A stretch of DNA of 64,000 bases from an uncultured Acidimicrobiaceae bacterium (GTDB taxonomy: Bacteria > Actinomycetota > Acidimicrobiia > Spongiisociales > UBA5794), in assembly GCA_964581295.1 (NCBI GenBank), contig CAZONX010000003.1:2406-66405 (forward strand), written 5' to 3'. The position numbers and the translations under genes are program-made. Shown in pieces: positions 25,717 to 35,160 of this stretch; the first letter of the stretch is position 1; the number at the start of each line of letters is the position of its first letter. Under the pieces are notes generated by a model. The model was not told where the DNA came from, did no database searches, and worked only from the letters and a program-made list of their open reading frames with translations.

Positions 25717-26198
25717 GCGTTCTCGAACACGGCACCCCAGTCGAACGTCGCCGAGTCCTCGTACCACTGAGGCCACGTGGCACACCACGCCGGGGTTCGG
25801 ACCTCACGGATGCGGTCGGTTGCTGGGTGGTAGGGCTTGATGTCGAGAATCGGCGTGCCGTCCTCGGCGTCAAGGTAGGGAATCGTCACGACCCCGCGTT
25901 CGATGTCGACGGAAAGCACGGCGACCGCCGTGACCGCGATCGGATTGGGGCGAGCCGGTGAGCGCGTCGCGAAGATCCCGATCTGCTCGGGAGCGTCGCG
26001 GTAGGCCCGCTCGGCGATGGTCATCTCGCGGAACGTCGGGTCATCGAGCAGGTGGGCCCACCAGAGCACGTTGATGTGGCTGAAGCCCTCCAACTCGGTG
26101 AGCGCCGGTCGGTAGGCCTCGTCGATCGACAGGGCGAATCCCTCCTCATCGACGACAACCCGACCGATTGGGTGCACGGTGTAGTGCGTATCCGCCAT
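25710..26198 (-). CDS. TsaA/YaeB-like SAM-dependent methyltransferase (TrmO family)
   Basis: MADTHYTVHPIGRV…EGFSHINVLWWAH…IFATRSPARPNPIAVTAV…ILDIKPY. Start ATG 26198 with a GAGGAGG RBS. Convergent with and overlapping the AraC gene end. Confidence 0.75.
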   Translation of the reverse strand: MADTHYTVHPIGRVVVDEEGFALSIDEAYRPALTELEGFSHINVLWWAHLLDDPTFREMTIAERAYRDAPEQIGIFATRSPARPNPIAVTAVAVLSVDIERGVVTIPYLDAEDGTPILDIKPYHPATDRIREVRTPAWCATWPQWYEDSATFDWGAVFENAQ

Positions 26199-26359
26199 GT
26201 TGGCCTCCTCGGCTCGCTGCATGCCGGTCAACGTACGTCAGAACCACGAGCCGCGCTTTTCCCATCTTGCGGCGGGATGTGCCGATCTTGCGCGACTCTT
26301 CGCCTCCCGCTCACTTCGTGCGAGGGAGACAAGAGACGAGGGTGCCCGATAGTCGTCGA

Positions 26360-26866
26360 TCAACCCAGATGACGGGGCTTCGAAACGAGAGATCCACCGT
26401 GCTGTTGGAGGACGTCGAGCATCTCGTCGGGGTGACCATGGTCGGCGACCACAACCAGCACTTGGCCGGGCTGGAGAGGAATCCGCTCCCAGTCCCACTC
26501 TTCGTCCAACACGTGTTCCTCGGACGCAAGGCCGAGCAGAGCGCCCAGGAAGGTTCCCGCGAGCGCTCCGGTGAGACCACCGGCCGCCAGGATTCCTCCC
26601 ACCCCCAGGATTCCCACGCCGGGGATGGCGAGGGCCAGCATGGCGATACCCGCGACCGCTCCTACTGGTGCGCCGACGGCGATCCCCTTCTCGATGCCGT
26701 GGGCGATGTCGGCCTCGACGTCCTCCTCGAACACGTAACCGTCCGGCTGGCGCATCGCTATCCCGAGGTGATTGTCGGCCATGCCCCGTTTCCGGAGGTC
26801 CACCACCGCCGCCTCGGCAGCCGCGTGATCGGCAAATACGGCTCCGATGTGTGTTGGGTCGCTCAT
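26360..26866 (-). CDS. glycine-zipper membrane protein (general-stress-protein-like, function unknown)
   Basis: 168 aa. The central segment is GxxxG-rich (…GAPVGAVAGIAMLALAIPGVGILGVGGILAAGGLTGALAGTFLGALLGLA…). RBS GGGAGA. Confidence 0.5.
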   Translation of the reverse strand: MSDPTHIGAVFADHAAAEAAVVDLRKRGMADNHLGIAMRQPDGYVFEEDVEADIAHGIEKGIAVGAPVGAVAGIAMLALAIPGVGILGVGGILAAGGLTGALAGTFLGALLGLASEEHVLDEEWDWERIPLQPGQVLVVVADHGHPDEMLDVLQQHGGSLVSKPRHLG

Positions 26867-26999
26867 GGCTCTCCCATCTCACGCCTCACCAATGAAATCC
26901 GTTCCTCCTTCAGATCCTAGGCGGCGCCGACCGACCCAACGCCCCGGCATTGCGGCGATCCAGCGGACGTATGCTGGAACCGTCGAGAGGAGAACTCGA

Positions 27000-27797
27000 A
27001 TGCTCGAAGCCTCATTCGTTGGAAGCGAAGGCCGGATCTTCTACCGAAGGTGGAACCCACCAGGAGAGCCACTACGCATCGTGCAGATCGTCCACGGGTA
27101 CGCCGAGCATGGCGGCCGCTATGGGCACGTCGCAGCGGCCCTCGCCGACGACGGCGCCGTCGTGTATGCCAACGATCACATCGGTCACGGACGATCGGAC
27201 GGTGAGCGAGCCGTCATCGGCGATTTTGAACATGCCGTCGACGATCTCCATATGCTCTCCGCCATCGCCCGCGATGACTACCCGAACCTCCCGTTCGTTC
27301 TCGTTGGACATTCCATGGGTGGCCTCCTGTCCGCGCGCTATGCCCAGCGCTGGCCCGACGACGTCGCCGGCGTTGCCTTCTGTGGCGCCGTGATCGGCGA
27401 CTGGCAGTGGGCACGCGATGTGCTCGCCGAACCCGAACTCCCCCACGTCCCATACGACCCCGACGCCATCTCGCGCGATCCCGCGACCGGCATCTCCTAT
27501 GCCGAGGATCCGCTCGTCTACCACGGTCAGTACAAGAGAGCCCTCCTCGTCTCAGAGGTCGCCGGACTCGACGCATACGCGCGAGATCTCGACCGGCTCA
27601 CCATGCCGGTCCTGCTGCTCCATGGAACGGAGGATCCCTTCGTCCCGTACGAGCGATCACTTGAGGCCATCCAGGACATGCCTACCGAAGACACCACCCT
27701 TCATCTCTACGAGGGTGGCCGCCACGAAGTCCTCAACGAGTCCAACCGGCAGGAGGTCATCGGTGACCTCGCTGCTTGGATTCGTCGCGTCGCATGA
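27000..27797 (+). CDS. alpha/beta-hydrolase (lysophospholipase / monoacylglycerol-lipase-like)
   Basis: Start MLEASF behind GAGAGGAG. HG oxyanion motif (IVHGYAEHGGRY), nucleophile elbow GHSMGG, catalytic His near the C-terminus (GGRHEV). Confidence 0.8.
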   Translation: MLEASFVGSEGRIFYRRWNPPGEPLRIVQIVHGYAEHGGRYGHVAAALADDGAVVYANDHIGHGRSDGERAVIGDFEHAVDDLHMLSAIARDDYPNLPFVLVGHSMGGLLSARYAQRWPDDVAGVAFCGAVIGDWQWARDVLAEPELPHVPYDPDAISRDPATGISYAEDPLVYHGQYKRALLVSEVAGLDAYARDLDRLTMPVLLLHGTEDPFVPYERSLEAIQDMPTEDTTLHLYEGGRHEVLNESNRQEVIGDLAAWIRRVA

Positions 27798-28789
27798 TTG
27801 TGCACGAGGCCGTGGAGCCCCCGGCGCTGGTGTTCGGACCGGTTCCGTCGCGGCGCCTCGGACGCAGTATTGGGATCAACAACATCCCGCCCAAGGTCTG
27901 CTCGTTCGCCTGTGTGTACTGCCAGGTGGGTCCAACGCTCGATCGAGCGATCGAGCCGCAACCGTTCTATGAGCCACAGCGCGTCGCGAACGTCGTAGCG
28001 AGACACGTCAAGCAGGTCAAGAGTCGTGGAGAGAGCATCGACTACCTCACCTTCGTTCCGGACGGTGAACCGACTCTGGATGCTGCCCTCCGCGAAACGA
28101 TCCGACTGCTTCGCCCGCTCGGAATCGACATCGCTGTCATCACCAACGGCTCGTTGTTGTGGCGGACCGATGTCCGGGAATCCCTCGGCGACGCCGATTG
28201 GGTCTCCGTGAAGGTCGACGCCGCGGACCGCGACACATGGCGGAGGGTCAATCGGCCACACCCCGACCTCGCGTATGACACGGTCTCTGAAGGCATCGCT
28301 CGGTTCGGCGATTCATTCGGCGGAGACCTCGTCTCAGAGACCATGCTGGTTGCGGGAATCAATGACGGGGCGGAGACCGTTCGGACGGTCGGTCGATTCC
28401 TGAGCAGCGCCGGGTTCGCCAAGGCATTCCTCTCGATCCCGACGCGACCTACTCCGTATGCCGCGATCACTGCGCCAGACGAACAGGCCGTGGGCCTCGC
28501 CTATCACGTCCTCGCCGAGCACGTGGCTCACGTCGAGTATCTCGTCGGCTATGAGGGGGATGCGTTCGCCACCAGCGGTGATCCCCGAGCGGACCTCCTC
28601 AGCGTCACCGCCGTGCATCCCATGCGGGCCTCAGCCGTGCGTGACCTCCTCGAACAATCCGGTGCCGACTGGCGTGTCGTCGACGGTCTCATCGCTGATG
28701 GCGACCTGGTCGAGACCAACTACCGAAACGACACCTTCTACGTGCGGCGGTTCGCGGTCCCGCTCCGAGCGAGGACCGCCGAAGACTGA
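27794..28789 (+). CDS. radical SAM protein (CX3CX2C), subfamily not assignable
   Basis: Start MIVHEA, ATGA-overlapping the hydrolase stop. Motif …GPVPSRRLGRSIGINNIPPKVCSFACVYCQVGPT… gives the CX3CX2C cluster. No SPASM-type extra Cys clusters seen. Confidence 0.75.
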   Translation: MIVHEAVEPPALVFGPVPSRRLGRSIGINNIPPKVCSFACVYCQVGPTLDRAIEPQPFYEPQRVANVVARHVKQVKSRGESIDYLTFVPDGEPTLDAALRETIRLLRPLGIDIAVITNGSLLWRTDVRESLGDADWVSVKVDAADRDTWRRVNRPHPDLAYDTVSEGIARFGDSFGGDLVSETMLVAGINDGAETVRTVGRFLSSAGFAKAFLSIPTRPTPYAAITAPDEQAVGLAYHVLAEHVAHVEYLVGYEGDAFATSGDPRADLLSVTAVHPMRASAVRDLLEQSGADWRVVDGLIADGDLVETNYRNDTFYVRRFAVPLRARTAED

Positions 28790-28802
28790 CGCAGGGGCAG
28801 CG

Positions 28803-29255
28803 CTACTTCTCCGTCGGCTCTCCGAGCCGCTTGTAGAGCACCTGGAAGAGCCGGCGGGTGATCATCAGAGCGAGCACGAGTGCCACGACCTCGATGAAGT
28901 GTCCCAACTCGACGTGATCGCCGAATACGAAGTTCACGACCTCGAGAATGAGGAGCTTCCCAAGGAACAGGATGGCGAAGAGCGAGATGGTGCCAAGAAT
29001 CTTGGCGGACGCTCCCTCCTTCTGCGCGAAGAAGTGGTGAACGCCGTGTTCGAATCGCATCACGATATCGAGGAGGATCTTCAGGAGGACGGCGGTGAGT
29101 ATCGAGATCGTGAACGAATCGATGACCACTGCATCCACGTACTCCACGAACAAGTTGAGGACGACCGTGTAGATGAGCACGTCCGACATCCAGGAGAAGA
29201 AGATGTCCTGTTTCCTGGTTATGGAGACGGTTCGGGTGTTGTCTTCTGATGTCAT
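28803..29255 (-). CDS. small hydrophobic membrane protein (unknown function), lower-GC gene
   Basis: ~150 aa from MTSEDNTRTV…, 4 predicted TM helices. Locally lower GC than its neighbours. ATGA-coupled to the upstream oxidoreductase gene. The upstream part of track ORF 28803..29663 is Arg-rich junk. Confidence 0.5.
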   Translation of the reverse strand: MTSEDNTRTVSITRKQDIFFSWMSDVLIYTVVLNLFVEYVDAVVIDSFTISILTAVLLKILLDIVMRFEHGVHHFFAQKEGASAKILGTISLFAILFLGKLLILEVVNFVFGDHVELGHFIEVVALVLALMITRRLFQVLYKRLGEPTEK

Positions 29256-30070
29256 TCGTGTCCCTCTCTGAGCAGACGACGGTTCACGTCCTCGACCGAC
29301 GACTGATCGACGCCCCTGAGGTCGGAGAGGCGATGGTAGATCTCGCGCGCCGCGTCGTGAAAGCCGGCGGGGAGCCCGACGGCACGCATCGCCGTCGCGA
29401 TCTCCGCCATTTCGCCTTCGAATCGCCAGGCCTTGCGGCCGATGCGACCGGCGGTTCCCTCTGCCCGATCGGCCAGGCCGGGAATCGAGGTTTCCCACTC
29501 CGCGATGATCTCGTCGCCCAACCCATTGGCTTCCGCATAGGCGCGAATAGCGAGGAGCAGGGCCGTGCTCCCCTTCGTCCAACCCGCATAGGCGGCCTTG
29601 AGGGCAGAAGCCGAACCGATATCCCCGTGGAGAATGCGAGCGTCGAGGTTCGAGCCGACCCACAATGCCGCGACCGTCGTTGCTTCGGGTCCCGCGAGAT
29701 ACAACCGCGTCAGGCCGGGCTCCGTCGGCGGCGGTCCAACGATCCCCCCGTCCACGAATCGGTCGAATCGGGATGCGATCTTCTTCACGGTCTCCGGGGC
29801 CACGGCATTGGCGTCGACGTAGATGCCGTCGAAGCCGAGCCGTTTCACTTCTTCAGCCACGTCGATGGCTGCATGAGGCGGACACACGGAGATCACGATG
29901 TCGGAACTGTCAACAAGGTCGGCGACAGAGCCCCGATCGACAAGGCGGTGAAGTTCGGCCCGCTCGAGCGTCTCTGCAGAGCGCCCTTCGCTCGCCCACA
30001 TCACCGAGCCGGAGGCGTCGCCGGCCAACACGGCGCCCATGGCGCCCGGATGAAGGATCCCGATCTGCAT
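29252..30070 (-). CDS. NAD(P)-binding oxidoreductase (6-PGDH-like NAD-binding domain + DUF1932-like C-terminus)
   Basis: Start MQIGILHPGAMGAVLAG (Rossmann GxGxxG). 272 aa. The remainder of track ORF 29252..30955 is non-coding. Confidence 0.6.
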   Translation of the reverse strand: MQIGILHPGAMGAVLAGDASGSVMWASEGRSAETLERAELHRLVDRGSVADLVDSSDIVISVCPPHAAIDVAEEVKRLGFDGIYVDANAVAPETVKKIASRFDRFVDGGIVGPPPTEPGLTRLYLAGPEATTVAALWVGSNLDARILHGDIGSASALKAAYAGWTKGSTALLLAIRAYAEANGLGDEIIAEWETSIPGLADRAEGTAGRIGRKAWRFEGEMAEIATAMRAVGLPAGFHDAAREIYHRLSDLRGVDQSSVEDVNRRLLREGHE

Positions 30071-30148
30071 GCCGGTCACCCTAGGCATCGCTGAGGAGGC
30101 CCAATCCCCAATGTCGCATTCGCCGGCGACCCGCAATAGTCTCGGGTC

Positions 30149-31210
30149 ATGGAAACTCGAACTGTCCGTCGGATCCTGATCGCCACCGCCGCTGTCGGCG
30201 TCGTCGCAACTGCCGTGATCCTCTACCGCCGCAGACAGCCCCACTTGCCGGCGCACATCGTTGGCAGAACGAAATCGAAACAGCCCTTCCTCATCGTCAA
30301 CCCCCACAGCGGGAGTGGCAAGGCCCAGAAGTACGGATTGGTCGACGCAGCAAACGCCCTCGGCATCGAAAACGTCCAGGGCCGCGGTCACAAGCACCTC
30401 AAGAAGCTGGCCAAGAAGGCGATCAAGGCCGGGTGCGATCATCTCCTCGTCGGTGGAGGCGACGGCTCTCTCGCTGCCGTCGCTGGTGTGGCGATCAAAC
30501 ACGGTGTCCCCATGTCGGTCGTACCGGTCGGCACGAGGAACCATTTCGCCATGGACCTCGGTCTTGACCGCAGCAATCCGCTGGAGGCGCTCCAAGCGGC
30601 GTTCGACGGTCCAGAGGTGAGGATCGACGTCGGACGCATCGGCAAGAAGCTCTTCCTGAACAACGTGTCGTTTGGGCTCTACGCCGAGGCCATCGCCGAC
30701 CCGGCCTATCGCAGTCATAGAACCGAGAGCGTTACCGAAGCAACAATCGACACGGTCGAACATCCGGACACGGGGCTCTCCGTCGACGGCCCGGACGGCA
30801 CGAGACACAGCGAGATCGAGATGCTCCTCGCCTCGAACAACCCCTACTCCTTCATCGGTGCACCTGACTACGCGGGGCGTGCTTCGCTCGACACCGGGAC
30901 CCTGGGAGTGATTCTCGCTGCTCGAACCGGAGACGACGAGAGCCGCCGCGGCCACACTGGAATGACGCGGTGGGATGCCGCAACGATCACGGTGACCTCC
31001 GATACACCAACCGTTCCCGTCGGCGTTGACGGCAGCCTTCGTACGTTCGAATCCCCGGTGAAGGTCAGGGTCGACACCGCAGCGTTGCGCGTCGTGCTAC
31101 CCCGAAGTGTCGTTGCCCGCGAGCTTCGCGATCAGCCGGAGCACGCCACGCCCGATGCGCTCGAGCACCTGAGCACCGTCCGCGCATTGGGACAGGCCGA
31201 TGACGACTGA
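30149..31210 (+). CDS. diacylglycerol-kinase-catalytic-domain lipid kinase (DAGK_cat / YegS/LCB5-like) with N-terminal TM helix
   Basis: LLVGGGDGSL motif and NAD-kinase-like fold. N-terminal hydrophobic helix RILIATAAVGVVATAVILY. Confidence 0.8.
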   Translation: METRTVRRILIATAAVGVVATAVILYRRRQPHLPAHIVGRTKSKQPFLIVNPHSGSGKAQKYGLVDAANALGIENVQGRGHKHLKKLAKKAIKAGCDHLLVGGGDGSLAAVAGVAIKHGVPMSVVPVGTRNHFAMDLGLDRSNPLEALQAAFDGPEVRIDVGRIGKKLFLNNVSFGLYAEAIADPAYRSHRTESVTEATIDTVEHPDTGLSVDGPDGTRHSEIEMLLASNNPYSFIGAPDYAGRASLDTGTLGVILAARTGDDESRRGHTGMTRWDAATITVTSDTPTVPVGVDGSLRTFESPVKVRVDTAALRVVLPRSVVARELRDQPEHATPDALEHLSTVRALGQADDD

Positions 31211-31817
31211 ACCGTCGCTGCTGCAACGCGCGGAGAACCTGGACGACGAGGTGTTCGACCTCGTTGCCGGGTGGACGTCACCGTTCCTCGATCGCGCAAT
31301 GCCGAAGCTCTCGCTTACAGCGTCGTATTCGCGGATCTGGATCGGACTCGCAGCGATGCTCGCGATCTTCGGAGGCCCGAAGGGTCGCCGGACGGCTGTG
31401 GAGGGGCTCGCAGCCGTCGGCGTCACCTCATTCCTCGCGAACGTCGTCCTGAAGGGAGTCACCCGAAGGAAACGGCCAACCGATCCGGTGCCGTCCGATC
31501 GGAGCCTCCCCAAGCCCGACTCATCATCGTTCCCGTCCGGCCATACGGCATCCGGTGCTGCGTTCTCCGGCGTGGTGGGCAAGGCGTATCCCGCCCTCTG
31601 GCTTCCGCTCAATGCATTGGCGGCGACGATCGGACTTTCGCGCGTTTACACCGGCGTCCACTACCCCGGCGACGTCCTGGGCGGATGGCTGCTCGGCAAG
31701 GGCGTCGCTTCCGCAACGCTGCACATCTCCCCACGACTCGAGTCGCGCCTCAAGGGACGTTGTAGCGGCAACACGGTCGAGGACACGCCTTCGCACTCCT
31801 CCCCTGGACCTGGCTAA
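31200..31817 (+). CDS. PAP2-family (phosphatidic-acid-phosphatase type 2) membrane phosphatase
   Basis: All three PAP2 motifs are present: KRPTDP…R, PSGH, SRVYTGVHYPGD. Overlaps the DAGK-like gene by 11 nt. Confidence 0.8.
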   Translation: MTTEPSLLQRAENLDDEVFDLVAGWTSPFLDRAMPKLSLTASYSRIWIGLAAMLAIFGGPKGRRTAVEGLAAVGVTSFLANVVLKGVTRRKRPTDPVPSDRSLPKPDSSSFPSGHTASGAAFSGVVGKAYPALWLPLNALAATIGLSRVYTGVHYPGDVLGGWLLGKGVASATLHISPRLESRLKGRCSGNTVEDTPSHSSPGPG

Positions 31818-31856
31818 CCCGCCGTCGCAGAGCCGGACCGCGCCGAGCGCCGGTTG

Positions 31857-33125
31857 CTACGGCGGGTCGCGGCTCGTGACGTAGGTGTGGCCGAGAGCGC
31901 TGGTCCAATGGTGGCTGCCATCGGGGAGCATCCGGTAGCTCCAGCCGGCTTGGTGCTTGATGCAGTGGTCGCGCCGGCAGAGGGGGTCGCCGTTGGCTTC
32001 CGTGGTCTCTCCCCCTTCGGCGTACGACACCCGGTGATCGAAATCGGAGCCGACCGCGGGCACACGACAGCCGGGGAAGACACAGACGGGACTGCGTGCT
32101 TCGACCGCGCGGCGGGTGGCTGCCGACGGTCGGCGGCGGGTGATATCGGTGTAGACGGGTTGGCCGGTGGCGGGGTCGGTGACGGTGTAGCGCCACTCGG
32201 CGTCGGGTTCACACACGGCGACGTTGCGGGCGATATCCGCGATGACGGGCCCGTAGCCGGCCAACTCGCCGGGTCGGTTGTTCAAATCGGCGAGCGTGTC
32301 GAGGTCGACTCGGATGTCGACCACACCGCGCCCGGTGCCGGTGTGGTTCGTGCCGCACAGCAGGTCGAGGTAGACGTCGGCACGGAGCTGGTCCATGGTG
32401 CGTGCCTCTCCCCCGCTCCGCAGGGATCGGGCGATCTGGTTGATTCGGTTCGTTGCGGCTGAGACCCGATCGGGGGGCAGGTCCACACCGGTGAGGTTCG
32501 CCGCCCCGTCGTCGGTAGGTTCCGCGATCACGCGACGTTGGTCGATGGCGTCGTCGTAGCGGCGCCCGGCATCATCCGGATCGACCTCAACACAGAGCCG
32601 GCGTAGCCGTGCCCGTAGCTGGCCCGTCGTCAACTCCGGCGCCTCATCGGCCACCCGATCGACCACGCGCCGCGCCGCTGCATCGTCGAGGTGCTCAGTG
32701 CCAGAGATCAACACCCGCGCCCTGCGAGCGTCGAGGCTCCCCGACGCCAACATCGCATGCACCTTTGGCAAGCGAGAACGCAACTCCAACGCGGTAGCGA
32801 GTTCAACATCGGCGCCCCGCCGCGTCAGATGCAACGCGGCGCGAATCTCCGCAGCCGCGGACTCCGCGGCATCCCAATGCGGAGAGTCGTTGTGCTCGTC
32901 GAGCGCATCGACCACCGCTGCCATGTCCTCATACAACAACGCCGTGTAGTGCGAGATCAGGCGCTGATGCGCCCGCAACACCACGACCCGGTCATAGCCG
33001 GAGATGCGCCCCACGTCGATATGGAACACAATCGCCGCCAACTCAGGCCCGGGCGGGACCTCATCAAGACCCTGCGGCACCCACGGAGCATCCTCATCGG
33101 CAGCAACATCACACAAATCCAGCAT
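31857..33125 (-). CDS. DUF222 + HNH endonuclease domain protein (REP13E12-like)
   Basis: C-terminal HNH motif (…CVFPGCRVPAVGSDFDHRVSYAEGGETTEANGDPLCRRDHCIKHQAGW…). N-terminal DUF222-like helical region. Start uncertain (33125 or 33173). Confidence 0.75.
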   Translation of the reverse strand: MLDLCDVAADEDAPWVPQGLDEVPPGPELAAIVFHIDVGRISGYDRVVVLRAHQRLISHYTALLYEDMAAVVDALDEHNDSPHWDAAESAAAEIRAALHLTRRGADVELATALELRSRLPKVHAMLASGSLDARRARVLISGTEHLDDAAARRVVDRVADEAPELTTGQLRARLRRLCVEVDPDDAGRRYDDAIDQRRVIAEPTDDGAANLTGVDLPPDRVSAATNRINQIARSLRSGGEARTMDQLRADVYLDLLCGTNHTGTGRGVVDIRVDLDTLADLNNRPGELAGYGPVIADIARNVAVCEPDAEWRYTVTDPATGQPVYTDITRRRPSAATRRAVEARSPVCVFPGCRVPAVGSDFDHRVSYAEGGETTEANGDPLCRRDHCIKHQAGWSYRMLPDGSHHWTSALGHTYVTSRDPP

Positions 33126-33235
33126 GGAGACAACGTACCGCCCCGATGTGACACAAAACATCCCGCCAAACACCCAACTCGGCCATCAGCGACGTACTGT
33201 CCCACAAGCGAAATGCCGATACCTATGGTTGGTCG

Positions 33236-34483
33236 ATGCGCCGCTTCAGCTTTCTCCTCGCCGCAATCGCCATCGCTGGTGCCGGGTGTGTGAACGGGTC
33301 GGAGGAGGCGTCGACCACGACCACGGCAGCCACGACCACCACCATGGCACCTTCACCGGTCGACGACCGGCTCGTGATCCTGGCCGCGGACGCAACGGTC
33401 GTGGTGCTCGATGACACGCTCGAGGAGATCACCTCGATCGCGCCACCCGAGGGTTCGCGGTACCGCCAACCGATCTGGTTCGACACCGAAACGATCGTCT
33501 TCTCCGAGGAGCTCGCCGACGGCAGCGGCGCCCTCATCGCGGCCGACGCCACGACCGGGACCATCTCCTGGCGGGTGGAGCTGTCGAGTTCTCCGTTCTA
33601 CTTCGACCAATCACCCGACGGGTCGGCAACGACATCGCTGCGCAACAACAACGCGGAGGGTGGCCTGATTGCCGAACTGGTCTCGCGAGACGGCGAAGTG
33701 ACCCCACTGAATGACCGATCCCCGTTCTACTCGGCGTGGTCTCCCGACGGTTCGGCGTTGGCCACCCATGTTGGTCAGCAGACGCTCGCCGTGGTCGAAG
33801 ACGGAGTGGTCGAGGCGATCTCGGATTCGACCGGTAGCTTCCAGGCCCCATCGTGGACGCCGGACGGCCTATTCACGCTTCGGTCGAGCGAGCAGTCGCA
33901 GACCCTCGCCGTTTGGGACGGTTCGGCGTTCACCGACCTTGCTCGTGTCGCGGGGCCCGTCCAGTTCGTGGCCAGCGGCGATCGGGTGGCCATCCAATCG
34001 ACATCTGCGGACGGGACAACCGGCATCGCCGCCGCATTTCGAGCACAAGTGGTCCCGAGGGTCCCGGGCGGGCGCCTTGTCGTGTTTGACACGAGCTCGG
34101 GCTCGTTCGCAACAGTGTCCGAGCGGTTCGCGCCGTTCTTCCAATGGGATCCGACCGGTGAACGGCTGCTCTATGCGGCATTCGACGAGCAACCTTCGGT
34201 GGATGTCACATGGGCGATCTGGGAAGGCGGGGAGGCAACCGAGTACGGCCCGTTCACGCCACAGCCGGAGTGGTTTGGCGAAGTCGTGCCGTTCTTCGAC
34301 CAGTACGCCCACTCGTTGTCGTATTGGTCCGCCTCTGGTGATGCCTTCGCGTATCCGGCGGTCGGAGACGCCGGGCCCATCGTGAAAGTGCAGCCGACGG
34401 ACGGATCAGCAACGAGCACCGTCGACGACGCGGTCTGGGTCTCCTGGAGCCCACCAATCGGCCAGGCACTGTTGGTGCCGTAG
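33236..34483 (+). CDS. secreted/lipoprotein beta-propeller protein (TolB/PD40-like repeats)
   Basis: Signal peptide MRRFSFLLAAIAIAGAGC, Thr-rich linker, then repeated W/F-x-PDGS motifs (WSPDGSALA, WTPDGLFT, WDPTGERL, SWSP). Confidence 0.6.
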   Translation: MRRFSFLLAAIAIAGAGCVNGSEEASTTTTAATTTTMAPSPVDDRLVILAADATVVVLDDTLEEITSIAPPEGSRYRQPIWFDTETIVFSEELADGSGALIAADATTGTISWRVELSSSPFYFDQSPDGSATTSLRNNNAEGGLIAELVSRDGEVTPLNDRSPFYSAWSPDGSALATHVGQQTLAVVEDGVVEAISDSTGSFQAPSWTPDGLFTLRSSEQSQTLAVWDGSAFTDLARVAGPVQFVASGDRVAIQSTSADGTTGIAAAFRAQVVPRVPGGRLVVFDTSSGSFATVSERFAPFFQWDPTGERLLYAAFDEQPSVDVTWAIWEGGEATEYGPFTPQPEWFGEVVPFFDQYAHSLSYWSASGDAFAYPAVGDAGPIVKVQPTDGSATSTVDDAVWVSWSPPIGQALLVP

Positions 34484-34485
34484 AT

Positions 34486-35160
34486 TCAGCCTGAATCCCG
34501 CATGATTCGATACATCGTCGCCGTGTCCTCGATGTAGCGATTCATGAGCGCCCCAAAGCGATCGGCCTCGTCGGTGGCACCGGTGCGGAGTCCCATCGCC
34601 TGCGAGGCGAACTTGGCTCCCCGGAAGTAGGCGCGCAGGTCGCCGAATGGCATTGCACTCGGACCCGGCTCGGGGAATCCCGGCGTAGGCGGAGGCTGCT
34701 CCACAGGGGAGAGACCGAGAAGGCGCAGCGCGTCGAGCGCCGCATCCTCGGAAGGTCGGTCGGCGAAGTCCCGACTCACCAGGCGCTCGATCTCGTCGCC
34801 GTTCGGATCGATCACCACGGTTGCGGGGATTGCCACACCACGGGGGTCGGCTTCATTCCTCAGGCCGTAGGGGCCAATCGCTCGGCTCCGATCGGGATCC
34901 GACAGCATTGGAAACGGCAGGTTCAGCTTCTCGACCATAGCGGCGTGCTGGCCGGGCGAGTCGACGTCGATCGCGATGACCACCGCCCCCGCCTCCACAA
35001 ACTCACGATGCCGCAATGCCACGCTGACCAGCTGGCCGTTGCAGTACGGTCACCAATCGCCCCGGAGGAACAACACGACCACCCCATGCTTGCGATGGTC
35101 CGACAGCGACCATGGTTCGCCCGCCTGGTCGAGCAGCGTGAAGTCGTGCGCCGGTTTCAT
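34486..35160 (-). CDS. peroxiredoxin-like (AhpC/TSA-redoxin family) protein with in-frame TGA at the redox-active Cys position: candidate selenoprotein (or TGA-disrupted pseudogene)
   Basis: My own translation of the minus strand from ATG 35160 gives MKPAHDFTLLDQAGEPWSLSDHRKHGVVVLFLRGDW-TGA-PYCNGQLVSVALRHREFVEAGAVVIAIDV…. This continues in frame into track ORF 34486..35022. The TGA (35050-35052) replaces the first Cys of the W-C-P-x-C redoxin motif. A SECIS-like hairpin follows (separate feature). Confidence 0.55.
35010..35045 (-). ncRNA. bacterial SECIS-like stem-loop immediately 3' of the in-frame UGA (apical loop GGUC)
   Basis: mRNA: UGA-CCGUACUGCAACG-GCCAGC-UGGUC-AGC(G)UGGC-AUUGC. A 7-bp stem (GCCAGC… / …AGCGUGGC with one bulged G) has a GGUC apical loop starting 20 nt after the UGA. 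A 4-bp lower stem (GCAA/UUGC) is also possible. Confidence 0.45.
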
